DNA from: Minisyncoccota bacterium
GTDB taxonomy: Bacteria > Patescibacteriota > Minisyncoccia > Phycocordibacterales > GWA1-40-21
Assembly (NCBI GenBank): GCA_041664585.1
Contig: JBAYKL010000001.1
Coordinates: 123,384 to 187,383 of the forward strand
Length of the DNA: 64,000 bases
Direction of reading: 5' to 3'
Within the stretch, counting starts at the first letter, position 1, and every line of letters starts with the position of its first letter. The notes below the pieces were generated by a model. That model was given only the letters and a program-made list of their open reading frames with translations, was not told the origin of the DNA and searched no databases. A program made the translations under genes and the position numbers. Below, one piece after another: positions 56,183 to 64,000 of the stretch.

Positions 56183-56755
56183 ATGCGTAAAATAATTTTT
56201 GACATCGAAACTGATGGAATAATTACTAATGTCGGAAATAAACAAATATTCCCAAATATTTATGTTGTCTGTATTTACGATTCTGAAACCGACAAATATT
56301 CTAGTTATACTGTTGAACAACTAAAAGATCTCTGGCCAATATTAGAGAAAGCTGACTTATTAATCGGCTATAATAGCGATAGCTTTGATATACCAATACT
56401 AAACAAATATTATTCCGGTGATTTAACCAAAATAACAAGCCTTGATTTACTCTCAGAAATTAAAGAATCCCTCGGAAGAAGAATAAAATTAGATAGCGTA
56501 GCAGAAGCTACACTTGGTAGAAAAAAGACTGGTCATGGACTTGAAGCTATGGAATGGTGGAAACAGGGTAGGATTCAAGATGTTATAAATTATTGTACTG
56601 AAGATGTAAGAATCACAAAAGATATTTATGACTACGCCGTAAAAAATGGTTTTCTCAAATACAAAGATATAAACGAAATAAAAGAAATAAAACTAGATAC
56701 CTCCAAATGGCATGAAATAGAAAACTCAGCCATGACTTTTACAATGCCTTTTTAA
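56183..56755 (+). CDS. DEDDy-type 3'-5' exonuclease domain protein.
   Basis: Exo I FDIETDG, Exo II YNSDSFDIPIL, Exo III YCTEDVRITKDIYDY. Confidence 0.65.
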   Translation: MRKIIFDIETDGIITNVGNKQIFPNIYVVCIYDSETDKYSSYTVEQLKDLWPILEKADLLIGYNSDSFDIPILNKYYSGDLTKITSLDLLSEIKESLGRRIKLDSVAEATLGRKKTGHGLEAMEWWKQGRIQDVINYCTEDVRITKDIYDYAVKNGFLKYKDINEIKEIKLDTSKWHEIENSAMTFTMPF

Positions 56756-56756
56756 A

Positions 56757-57755
56757 TTATTTTAAATATTTCTCTTTATTTAAAACGTGTTCATCATGTG
56801 TAATAGCATAATGCATATTACCCTCATCATCAGTCAAAAAATATAAATAAGCAGTCTTTATAGGCGTTATAGCCGCTTCTATAGCCACAAGACCGGGATT
56901 TGATATCGGGGTTGGTGGAAGACCTTTATTAGTATAAGAATTATAAGGAGAATCTATTTTTAAATCATCTGTAGTAAGAGTCTTACTCGTTTTTCCATTT
57001 ATGTACTTAAAAGAAGTGTCCACCTGAAGAGGCATACCTATAGAAATCCTTCTCCACAAGATTCCACAAACAATCCTTCTCGTTTCAAGAGTCCTGGCTT
57101 CTCCTTCTAGAATTGATGCCATTTTTATGATATCTGGAAGTGTTTTACCAAAAACTTTAGTTTTATTTTCTAAAGTCTTAATTTTTTCATCAAAATTATC
57201 TGTCATTAATTTGGCCACTTCCGATTCGTCTGTTCCTGGAATTATAAAATACGTATCTGGAAAAAGATACCCCTCCGATTTTTCAACAATTTTTATAAAC
57301 TTTTTTTTATCAAAAGTTTGTAATTTTTCTGCTAAAACATCAGCGATTTCATTGAAAGTGAGGCCCTCCCTCAACGTTACCTTTATTGGCACCAATTGCG
57401 TATCGCTGTGAGCTATTCTCCAAGCTAAAGATATTACATTATGTCTTTTTGATAAAATATAATCCCCCTCATAAACCTTGCAACTCAAACCAAAAACACA
57501 AACCAGAGATTTAAAAAAGAATGGAGATTTTATAACATGTTTTTGTTTAAAATCATTCGATACGACAGAAAGAGTTTTTCCTTTTGACAAATCATAAATC
57601 AAACCAGCCGGAAAGTTCATCGGTGAAGAAATAAAATTTACCCAAAAAACAATTGATGCTAGAAATACAACTGCAATAATCAACAATATAAAATCCCTCT
57701 TCCCAAGGAGATCTCTTTGCAAAAAAGTTTTTGATGTCTCTTCTTGGTCCATCAT
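56757..57755 (-). CDS. mltG: Endolytic murein transglycosylase MltG (YceG-like).
   Basis: N-terminal transmembrane helix and the YceG domain. Confidence 0.75.
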   Translation of the reverse strand: MMDQEETSKTFLQRDLLGKRDFILLIIAVVFLASIVFWVNFISSPMNFPAGLIYDLSKGKTLSVVSNDFKQKHVIKSPFFFKSLVCVFGLSCKVYEGDYILSKRHNVISLAWRIAHSDTQLVPIKVTLREGLTFNEIADVLAEKLQTFDKKKFIKIVEKSEGYLFPDTYFIIPGTDESEVAKLMTDNFDEKIKTLENKTKVFGKTLPDIIKMASILEGEARTLETRRIVCGILWRRISIGMPLQVDTSFKYINGKTSKTLTTDDLKIDSPYNSYTNKGLPPTPISNPGLVAIEAAITPIKTAYLYFLTDDEGNMHYAITHDEHVLNKEKYLK

Positions 57756-57757
57756 TT

Positions 57758-59101
57758 TTATATAGGCAAATTTGCTGGTGCTTCTGATTTCTTAGAGGGT
57801 ACCCTATTTAATGTTGGAGTCTGAGATACGATACCGCTTGGGAAGTGAAAGATCGTTGCCAATTCCTCTGTTGTAAGAACAAACGGAGGTTTATCACCCA
57901 AATTTTTGTATGGCCACTGGAAAAAAGATCTTAGTTTATAAGCATGAAATATTTTTTTCTTTCTTTTGGCTATCTTTTTATTCATATGGTTTGTCCAGAA
58001 AGGAAAGAAAAATCTAACGACATCTTTATATTCATCACTCATATCTGTTCTGTAACCTGGCTTAAAACCATTTAGTGTTTGAGAACTATACTGCCTAAAA
58101 CTATTGATTAGACCTCCAATATTGACGGGGTTCATACCTGTAGACTCTGCTATATAAAGACCCCTTACCATACAGTCAAAAGGAATCTTGCTAGCACTTC
58201 TTTCTAGAGCCGCAATAACTTCCTGCTGACCTTTTGATGGGTTTGGTAATTTAAAAGACATCTCTTTCCCAGGAACTTCAATAATAGATGCTTTTTTAAT
58301 ATCTTCGATTTCTTTTTTTACTTCTTCTTTTAAGGATTTGGATCTACCAAATAAATAAATTAGGAATTTAAAAAACCAATTTGCTTTTTTGGGATCTTTG
58401 TCTATCTTCATAACTCCGTGTTTCCAGCCTTCAGGTTCATGTTTTTGTAAAAGAATCTGTATCCATATATTTTCACTTTTTTTCATAGATCCCAAAAACT
58501 CTATGACTGCAGACATAGGGTCTATCTTGTACTCATCTTTTTGGTCAGCATCTAGACCATAATCTATGTAAGTTTTGATCGGAAAAGGATCTGATTTGGT
58601 AAGGGCATATTGTACACCATATGTAAAATATTTATCTGGATCATATGGAATATTTTTTGTGTAATCTTCTTTAGCTTCAAAAATTTCAATGTTTGGAAAC
58701 TGAGCATAGAGCTGAGCTTCAACGATATTCTTAAACTTTGCTTGACTACACCATACATAAAATTTAATTTCTCCGCCTATTGAAACAAGCTCGCAAGAAA
58801 ACCATGGCCTAGTCTTACCGTCTAAATATGCCTCGGCATAACCACCAGCTCCGCTCTGTTGTAAATGAGAAAAAAATATTTCCATAGCTGCTGGAGATTT
58901 TGTTATTTCCTTTGGTAATTTTATCTCAAGAAGACATGTTTTCTGAGACTCTACGAATTTCATCTGTATCCATCTAAACCTCATAACAAAAAAAACATAG
59001 AAGAGCATAAACGGCATTGCTATCGGCAACATCACCAAAAGGAGTGTGTAAATATTAGGGAAAAGCCCTGTATTTATAGAATATAAAAATTGTTCAAACA
59101 T
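57758..59101 (-). CDS. Hypothetical membrane protein (two N-terminal transmembrane helices plus a soluble domain of about 380 aa).
   Basis: No recognisable family. Tightly packed between mltG and the helicase. Confidence 0.4.
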   Translation of the reverse strand: MFEQFLYSINTGLFPNIYTLLLVMLPIAMPFMLFYVFFVMRFRWIQMKFVESQKTCLLEIKLPKEITKSPAAMEIFFSHLQQSGAGGYAEAYLDGKTRPWFSCELVSIGGEIKFYVWCSQAKFKNIVEAQLYAQFPNIEIFEAKEDYTKNIPYDPDKYFTYGVQYALTKSDPFPIKTYIDYGLDADQKDEYKIDPMSAVIEFLGSMKKSENIWIQILLQKHEPEGWKHGVMKIDKDPKKANWFFKFLIYLFGRSKSLKEEVKKEIEDIKKASIIEVPGKEMSFKLPNPSKGQQEVIAALERSASKIPFDCMVRGLYIAESTGMNPVNIGGLINSFRQYSSQTLNGFKPGYRTDMSDEYKDVVRFFFPFWTNHMNKKIAKRKKKIFHAYKLRSFFQWPYKNLGDKPPFVLTTEELATIFHFPSGIVSQTPTLNRVPSKKSEAPANLPI

Positions 59102-59147
59102 ATAAACATTATATCAAAACAAAAAAATAAAACACTATGTCAAAAAG

Positions 59148-60815
59148 CTACAGTCCTCTTTTCACAAAAAGCCTTACGATACGTATTTCTTCATAAGAAA
59201 AATTAGTACCGAGTTTGTTTTTTATAGGAGCCAAAAGTAAGTCTCTATTTTCTCCATAAGAATCCTTGAAAGCATTCCAAATTTTTCTAAATTTATCAGC
59301 AGAAATTTCTTTTTTCAAATGTGATATATCAAAATCTGGTTCTTTGTCCAAAATCTTTTCCAAATGTGCAATCACAGTTTCTGCTTTTACCCCCTTACTC
59401 TTTGCAATTTCTTTTACAGTCAATCCTTCCTCAAGCATTGTTTTGGTTTGAAAAAATACAGAAACTTTTTTCTTTTTTGTTTTGCCTTTTACACCATCTG
59501 CTGGAGCAACCTTACTTAAGAACTCTTCTTGCTTTTCTTTTATCTCGCTTTCATTGAGTGTGCTTAGCCATCGATTATCTTTTTCAGACATTTCTTGTAA
59601 CGTCTCATCGAATTCTAAAATATCATCTCTTACCTCAAGCGCATTTTTATTTATTCCAAGAATATTCAACCCTTCTAATGAGCGTACACGAGAAAGAGCT
59701 ACATAGCCCATCCCCTTTTCAAAAGACTTCGAAAGATCTACTTCTACAGCATCTAAGCTCATACCCTGACTTTTATGCACAGTAATAGCCCAAGCCAGAC
59801 GAAGCGGATACTGACTAATCTCAGCTTTTCTCTTTCCCTCTTCCTCTATCATCCATGTCTCTTTTTCTACATTTATTATTTTCCCAGAAGTTGTCATAAC
59901 TTTCGGACCAGAATAATCACAAGAAATGACTTTTCCTAGTGTTCCATTCGCGTATCCACATTCAAAATTATTTTTTACAAAAATTACTCTCGCGCCCACC
60001 TTCAGTCTAAGAGTTCCTGGAGCTAAACAGCTTTTTTGTAATGATTCAACAAGAGGTTTCTTACCCTTACTATCCATATTATATACAAAAACATCTGTTG
60101 AAAGTTTCTTCAGTTCTATATCATTTATATTATCTACATCGTAGTTGTGAGTATGAAGCTTAGTGGGTTCAATGGAAGAATTTGGAGCTTTATTGTGTCT
60201 AGATTTCAGGTGGTGCAAACTTTCTTCGCTCATTCTATTCTTACGAATATCATTTAATATTCTTATGAATATTTTGTCCTTCTGTCTGTGCTGTTCTTCC
60301 AAATAACAAATCTTTAGACCAAGCTCTCTCCAAGCATTTGAACGGTATGAGAAAAATGATTCCATATCTCCCGGTCTTGAAACTGGTGGTAACTGGAAAA
60401 AATCTCCACAGAGAATAACTTGCATTCCGCCAAATGGTAAATTGTTTCTTTTTAAATGTCTCGCAATTCTATCTACCAAATCTAACCTATAATGATGGAG
60501 CATTGAAATTTCATCGAGTACCAAGACTTTTGTGTTCGCAAATCTTTCATAAAGATATTTCTTTGTTTCCATATCTTCAAGATCGTATTCTGTAAGTGTG
60601 TCTCTTATACCAAGACCAGACCAAGAATGAATAGTCGTACCTCCCATATGTGTTGCGGCAATACCGGTAGAGGCCGTAATACCAACTTCCACTCCTTTGT
60701 TTTTGAGGAATTTAATATATTCGTTTAAAAGATGTGTTTTACCACTTCCGGCAGGACCAGTAATATAGCAGTTATATCCCATCTTCAAAATCTCCATTGC
60801 CTCTTTTTGAGTCAT
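59148..60815 (-). CDS. Pif1/RecD-family ATP-dependent DNA helicase with a C-terminal HTH-like extension.
   Basis: Walker A GPAGSGKTHLL, helicase motifs (VLVLDEISM, QLPPV), and a C-terminal helical tail of about 100 aa. Confidence 0.8.
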   Translation of the reverse strand: MTQKEAMEILKMGYNCYITGPAGSGKTHLLNEYIKFLKNKGVEVGITASTGIAATHMGGTTIHSWSGLGIRDTLTEYDLEDMETKKYLYERFANTKVLVLDEISMLHHYRLDLVDRIARHLKRNNLPFGGMQVILCGDFFQLPPVSRPGDMESFFSYRSNAWRELGLKICYLEEQHRQKDKIFIRILNDIRKNRMSEESLHHLKSRHNKAPNSSIEPTKLHTHNYDVDNINDIELKKLSTDVFVYNMDSKGKKPLVESLQKSCLAPGTLRLKVGARVIFVKNNFECGYANGTLGKVISCDYSGPKVMTTSGKIINVEKETWMIEEEGKRKAEISQYPLRLAWAITVHKSQGMSLDAVEVDLSKSFEKGMGYVALSRVRSLEGLNILGINKNALEVRDDILEFDETLQEMSEKDNRWLSTLNESEIKEKQEEFLSKVAPADGVKGKTKKKKVSVFFQTKTMLEEGLTVKEIAKSKGVKAETVIAHLEKILDKEPDFDISHLKKEISADKFRKIWNAFKDSYGENRDLLLAPIKNKLGTNFSYEEIRIVRLFVKRGL

Positions 60816-60857
60816 AGGAGTTATTTTAGCATAGAAAGATAAAAAGTTAGAAAAAGA

Positions 60858-61376
60858 CTACTTTTGCTCTTTCTTAAAAAGTTCAAGATCAAATTTAACC
60901 ATTTTATCTAGCGCCAATATAAAATTTATATAATTATTAAAAGTAATATTATTTAAGGTGCTACTAAAACTTGGTAGAAAAATTTTCCCATCTTTGTAAT
61001 CAACATATAGTGTCTGGCTTTTGAATTTTTTTAAAATTTCTATAGATTGTTTTATTGTGAAAGGATTATTAATACCTTTTCTTTTGCTGTCTATAATAGA
61101 TATTATTGATTCCATCTTTTTATCATGACTGCGAAAGCCAATTGATGAATTTTGTAATATAGATAATTTTTTAGGGTATAATGATTTAACAAGATAAAAT
61201 TTTCCAACTTCATCTGTGAAGGCAAAAAGGAAGTTCTGAGCATACGCTGCCCAGGTTAATTTTTCAATTTTAGTTTGTTTTTTAAGACTCTCCCTTAATA
61301 TCTCGACGGAAATATCTTTTAAAAAAGAAGAATTCTTAACGATTGCACCCAACAAATTTTCATATTCTTTATACAT
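60858..61376 (-). CDS. Hypothetical protein downstream of trmD.
   Basis: Clean ORF 6 nt after trmD. No recognisable rimM or rplS features. Confidence 0.4.
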   Translation of the reverse strand: MYKEYENLLGAIVKNSSFLKDISVEILRESLKKQTKIEKLTWAAYAQNFLFAFTDEVGKFYLVKSLYPKKLSILQNSSIGFRSHDKKMESIISIIDSKRKGINNPFTIKQSIEILKKFKSQTLYVDYKDGKIFLPSFSSTLNNITFNNYINFILALDKMVKFDLELFKKEQK

Positions 61377-61381
61377 AAATA

Positions 61382-62059
61382 TTATTTATTCATTCTCCAC
61401 TCATCAATCTTCTTATGATTCCCAGAGAGCAATACTGGTGGAACTTTATATTTCTTACCTTTAAATTCTAAAATTTCTGGTCTTGTATAAACCTCCGAAC
61501 TAGAAATTCTTTCTTCTTCTAGAGATGCTTTGTTACCAAGTACTCCATCTAGCTGTCTTGAAATACAGTCCATGATAATCATAGCTGGTAATTCCCCACC
61601 CGTAAGGACAAATGGTCCAACTGTAACTTTTTCCGTCTTAAATATTTTATTTACTCTCTCGTCTATTCCTTCATATCTACCAGAAATTATAATTACATCA
61701 GTAAACTTTTTTGCAGCAGTTTTTGCATAATCAGTATCAAATTGTTTACCGTTTGGACATAAGAAAATTATTTTAATCTTTGATTTAGGATTTTTATTTA
61801 TTTTTACAACGGCTTTCTCAATAGCTTTAGCAACTGGTTCAGCCTGCATCACCATTCCTGGACCACCACCATATGGAATATCGTCTACTCTTTTGTATGG
61901 CTTGTCTTTCATTTTCTGTACCTTTGTTATTTTTACAAAGTCACGTGGGTTATAGAAACTTACTTTTAGAACTTTATTATTTATGGCACGCGCCAAAATA
62001 GACTCATTTAAATATGAGCTGAAAGATTCTGGAAATAATGTAATTATGTGAAAATTCAT
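61382..62059 (-). CDS. trmD: tRNA (guanine37-N1)-methyltransferase.
   Basis: SPOUT knot motifs (ITLFPE, GRYEGIDERV, GGELPAM). Start at MNFHII (62059). Confidence 0.9.
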   Translation of the reverse strand: MNFHIITLFPESFSSYLNESILARAINNKVLKVSFYNPRDFVKITKVQKMKDKPYKRVDDIPYGGGPGMVMQAEPVAKAIEKAVVKINKNPKSKIKIIFLCPNGKQFDTDYAKTAAKKFTDVIIISGRYEGIDERVNKIFKTEKVTVGPFVLTGGELPAMIIMDCISRQLDGVLGNKASLEEERISSSEVYTRPEILEFKGKKYKVPPVLLSGNHKKIDEWRMNK

Positions 62060-62149
62060 CGAAAGAAACAATAACACAAAAGACAGTATATTGTAAACAA
62101 AAATAAAACCACCCTCTCAGGCGGTTTTATTTTTAAAATCTATAATTTA

Positions 62150-62491
62150 TTAGAGATTAAGGTCAGCCATAGCTTCATCTACTGTCTTTGAAGCTTTCAT
62201 TTCTGGCTTTGGAGCCATTTCTCCTCCCATAACTCTTTCACTACCTTCTGGTTCATTTATCTTTAAGTTTACTCTTGAATTGTTTTTCATACCTACAACT
62301 CTAAGAAGTGTTCTTATAGCTTTTGCTGTATTACCTGATCTTCCGATAACCTTTCCCATATCAGCGTTGTCTACAACTAAAGTCAAAAGTACTCCCATTT
62401 CGTCTACTGTTCTTTCGATTTTTACTTTCTCTGGAACATCGACTAATGCTTTGACAACGAAATCCAAAAATTTTGTGTCGTTTTCTGTCAT
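62150..62491 (-). CDS. KH-domain RNA-binding protein (YlqC-like), extended C-terminus.
   Basis: GKVIGRSGNTAKAIRTLL KH motif. Confidence 0.75.
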   Translation of the reverse strand: MTENDTKFLDFVVKALVDVPEKVKIERTVDEMGVLLTLVVDNADMGKVIGRSGNTAKAIRTLLRVVGMKNNSRVNLKINEPEGSERVMGGEMAPKPEMKASKTVDEAMADLNL

Positions 62492-62633
62492 TGTTTTGTT
62501 TTTAATTCTGATTGTGCAGTAATTCGACCGGTAACTAATAATACTGCTTATGCAAATATAATATCACATGATAAAAAGGCAAGCAATAAAAAAACAAAAA
62601 CCGCAGTAAGCGGTTTTTGTTTTAAAAATTATT

Positions 62634-63053
62634 TTATACAGTAGCTGGAGTTTCTGGAGCAACTTCTGCAGGAGCAGGAGTTTCTACTACTGGCTCAGGA
62701 ACTGGTTCTGGCTTAGGGGCTTTCTTAGCTTCTTCGTCAGCTTTTGCTTTTGCAGCAGCTTCATTTGCTTTGATTATTTTGTTTTTTGGAAGAACGTTTA
62801 TTTTCTTTCCTGTAAGAACTTTTTGATCGATACAGAAGTTGTGAACTGTTTCCGAAAGCTTTGCACCTTTTGAAATCCAGTATTTAACCCTCTCACCATC
62901 AACACTGCTATTACCCTTTCCTTTTCTAGCATCGTAAGAACCAAGTACCTCAACGGCCTTTCCGCTCTTTGGACCAAACTTAGAATCCGTAAGAACTATA
63001 CGAAATGTTGGCTCATGGACTCTTCCTACTCTTTGTAATCTGATTATTAACAT
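62634..63053 (-). CDS. rpsP: 30S ribosomal protein S16 with a Pro/Ala/Glu-rich C-terminal extension.
   Basis: MLIIRLQRVGRVHEPTFRIV core, with about 50 aa of low-complexity tail. Confidence 0.85.
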   Translation of the reverse strand: MLIIRLQRVGRVHEPTFRIVLTDSKFGPKSGKAVEVLGSYDARKGKGNSSVDGERVKYWISKGAKLSETVHNFCIDQKVLTGKKINVLPKNKIIKANEAAAKAKADEEAKKAPKPEPVPEPVVETPAPAEVAPETPATV

Positions 63054-63146
63054 AGCAGACATATTAACAAAAAGACTGATAAAGTCAATACCAGAAACAA
63101 AGATGTCCCTCTGGAATTTACTCGTACCGCGGCAAAAGTTGATAAA

Positions 63147-63743
63147 TTACTGACTATTCACGAATCCTGTAGCAATACTTCTCCCATCTTTTAAAAGAAC
63201 TTCCAACCCCTCGCTAGCCTTTTTCATTATCTTTTTTATCTCAATAACCTCGTTTGGTTTAAATTTACCAAGAATAGCTTTTTCTACGGCTTCCTCCCCT
63301 TGTGGCTTTTTTATCTTCCCGCTCGCAGTACTATTTGAGATACCGATCCTGAGCCTTATAAATCCCTCTGTTTTTATTGCCTTAATAATTGACTCTACTC
63401 CTCTATGACCACCAGCGCTTTTGTTGTATGACATTTTCATCTTTCCAAAAGGGATATCTAAATCATCATGTACAACCACCAGAGTCTCAGCGATTTTTTT
63501 GCTTTTCACTAAAGATCTTACTGCATCACCACTCTTGTTCATAAAAGTATTTGGTTTGATAAGCAAAACCGTATTCTTGCCAACTTTTGACTTAGTTATC
63601 TCTGATTTTATTTTCTTATCTTCTTTCCATTCCTTAACTCCTAAAAGTTTAGCAAAGGTATCCACCGCAATTCTTCCAGTGTTGTGTCTTGTGCCTTCAT
63701 ATTCTTGTCCTGGATTTCCAAGACCTACAATTATGTAATTCAT
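63147..63743 (-). CDS. pth: Peptidyl-tRNA hydrolase.
   Basis: MNYIIVGLGNPG...HNTG N-terminal motif. Confidence 0.9.
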   Translation of the reverse strand: MNYIIVGLGNPGQEYEGTRHNTGRIAVDTFAKLLGVKEWKEDKKIKSEITKSKVGKNTVLLIKPNTFMNKSGDAVRSLVKSKKIAETLVVVHDDLDIPFGKMKMSYNKSAGGHRGVESIIKAIKTEGFIRLRIGISNSTASGKIKKPQGEEAVEKAILGKFKPNEVIEIKKIMKKASEGLEVLLKDGRSIATGFVNSQ

Positions 63744-63849
63744 GGTATCTATTGTATTACAAAATAATTATAAGCAAAAACTCTTTTTTAAAATACGAAA
63801 TAATTTACTGCTTGTGTCAAACGAATTATTGTAATAGAATAAAGCACAA

Positions 63850-64000
63850 ATGGAACAAACAAAAAGTCTAATTAGAGAAGTTTTAAGTGTCGTAATCATC
63901 TCGCTTATGGTCGTTATACCGATACGTATGTATATTGCTCAGCCTTTTGTGGTTTCTGGACAATCAATGGATAAAACCTTGGCAAACGGTAACTATCTCA
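63850..64000 (+). CDS. lepB: Signal peptidase I (N-terminal fragment, continues past the window end).
   Basis: Transmembrane helix, then QPFVVSGQSMDKTL (Ser-box). Confidence 0.6.
   Translation, partial: MEQTKSLIREVLSVVIISLMVVIPIRMYIAQPFVVSGQSMDKTLANGNYL

Overview
This is an AT-rich, gene-dense window. About 80% of the genes lie on the minus strand, mostly as short proteins with tight or overlapping junctions. The gene content is mainly housekeeping: alaS, mnmA, ychF, iscU/nifS, tlyA, ddl, uvrC, uvrA, uvrB, tgt, an FKBP isomerase, rluB, engB, Fe/Mn superoxide dismutase (sod), truB, hisS, mltG, a Pif1/RecD-like helicase, trmD, a KH-domain protein, rpsP, pth and the start of lepB. A single tRNA-Ala(TGC) carries the G3:U70 identity pair. 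Gram-positive-style surface biology is also present: a sortase next to a DUF3494/ice-binding-like surface protein with a C-terminal FPNTG/FPETG sorting signal, a peptidoglycan-binding plus Fn3-like secreted protein, a CAP-domain protein and a SIMPL-domain protein. The window also holds two paralogous HlyD/ABC/FtsX export modules, one preceded by an ECF sigma and putative anti-sigma pair; two histidine kinases and a stand-alone receiver; a ZIP metal transporter; a hemerythrin-like protein; and a LOG-family protein. The tRNA-poor, small-protein, reduced-repair (truncated uvrC/alaS) gene set fits a Patescibacteria (CPR)-like organism, though this is inference only. No CRISPR array, transposase or integrase is recognisable. 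The most unusual structure is a family of modular single-gene cassettes. Each has its own TTGACT promoter, strong RBS and near-identical intrinsic terminator, and they are inserted between conserved genes at about 5.96-6.91 kb and 31.8-33.4 kb, around the tRNA-Ala island at 21.2-22.3 kb, and at 3.0-3.4 kb. Other items worth a look are an ATP-cone::PD-(D/E)xK nuclease fusion, a membrane-anchored ClpB-like ATPase with a degenerate first AAA module, an orphan Phd/YefM-like protein, and an unexplained hairpin-rich, tRNA-fragment-like region next to the tRNA.
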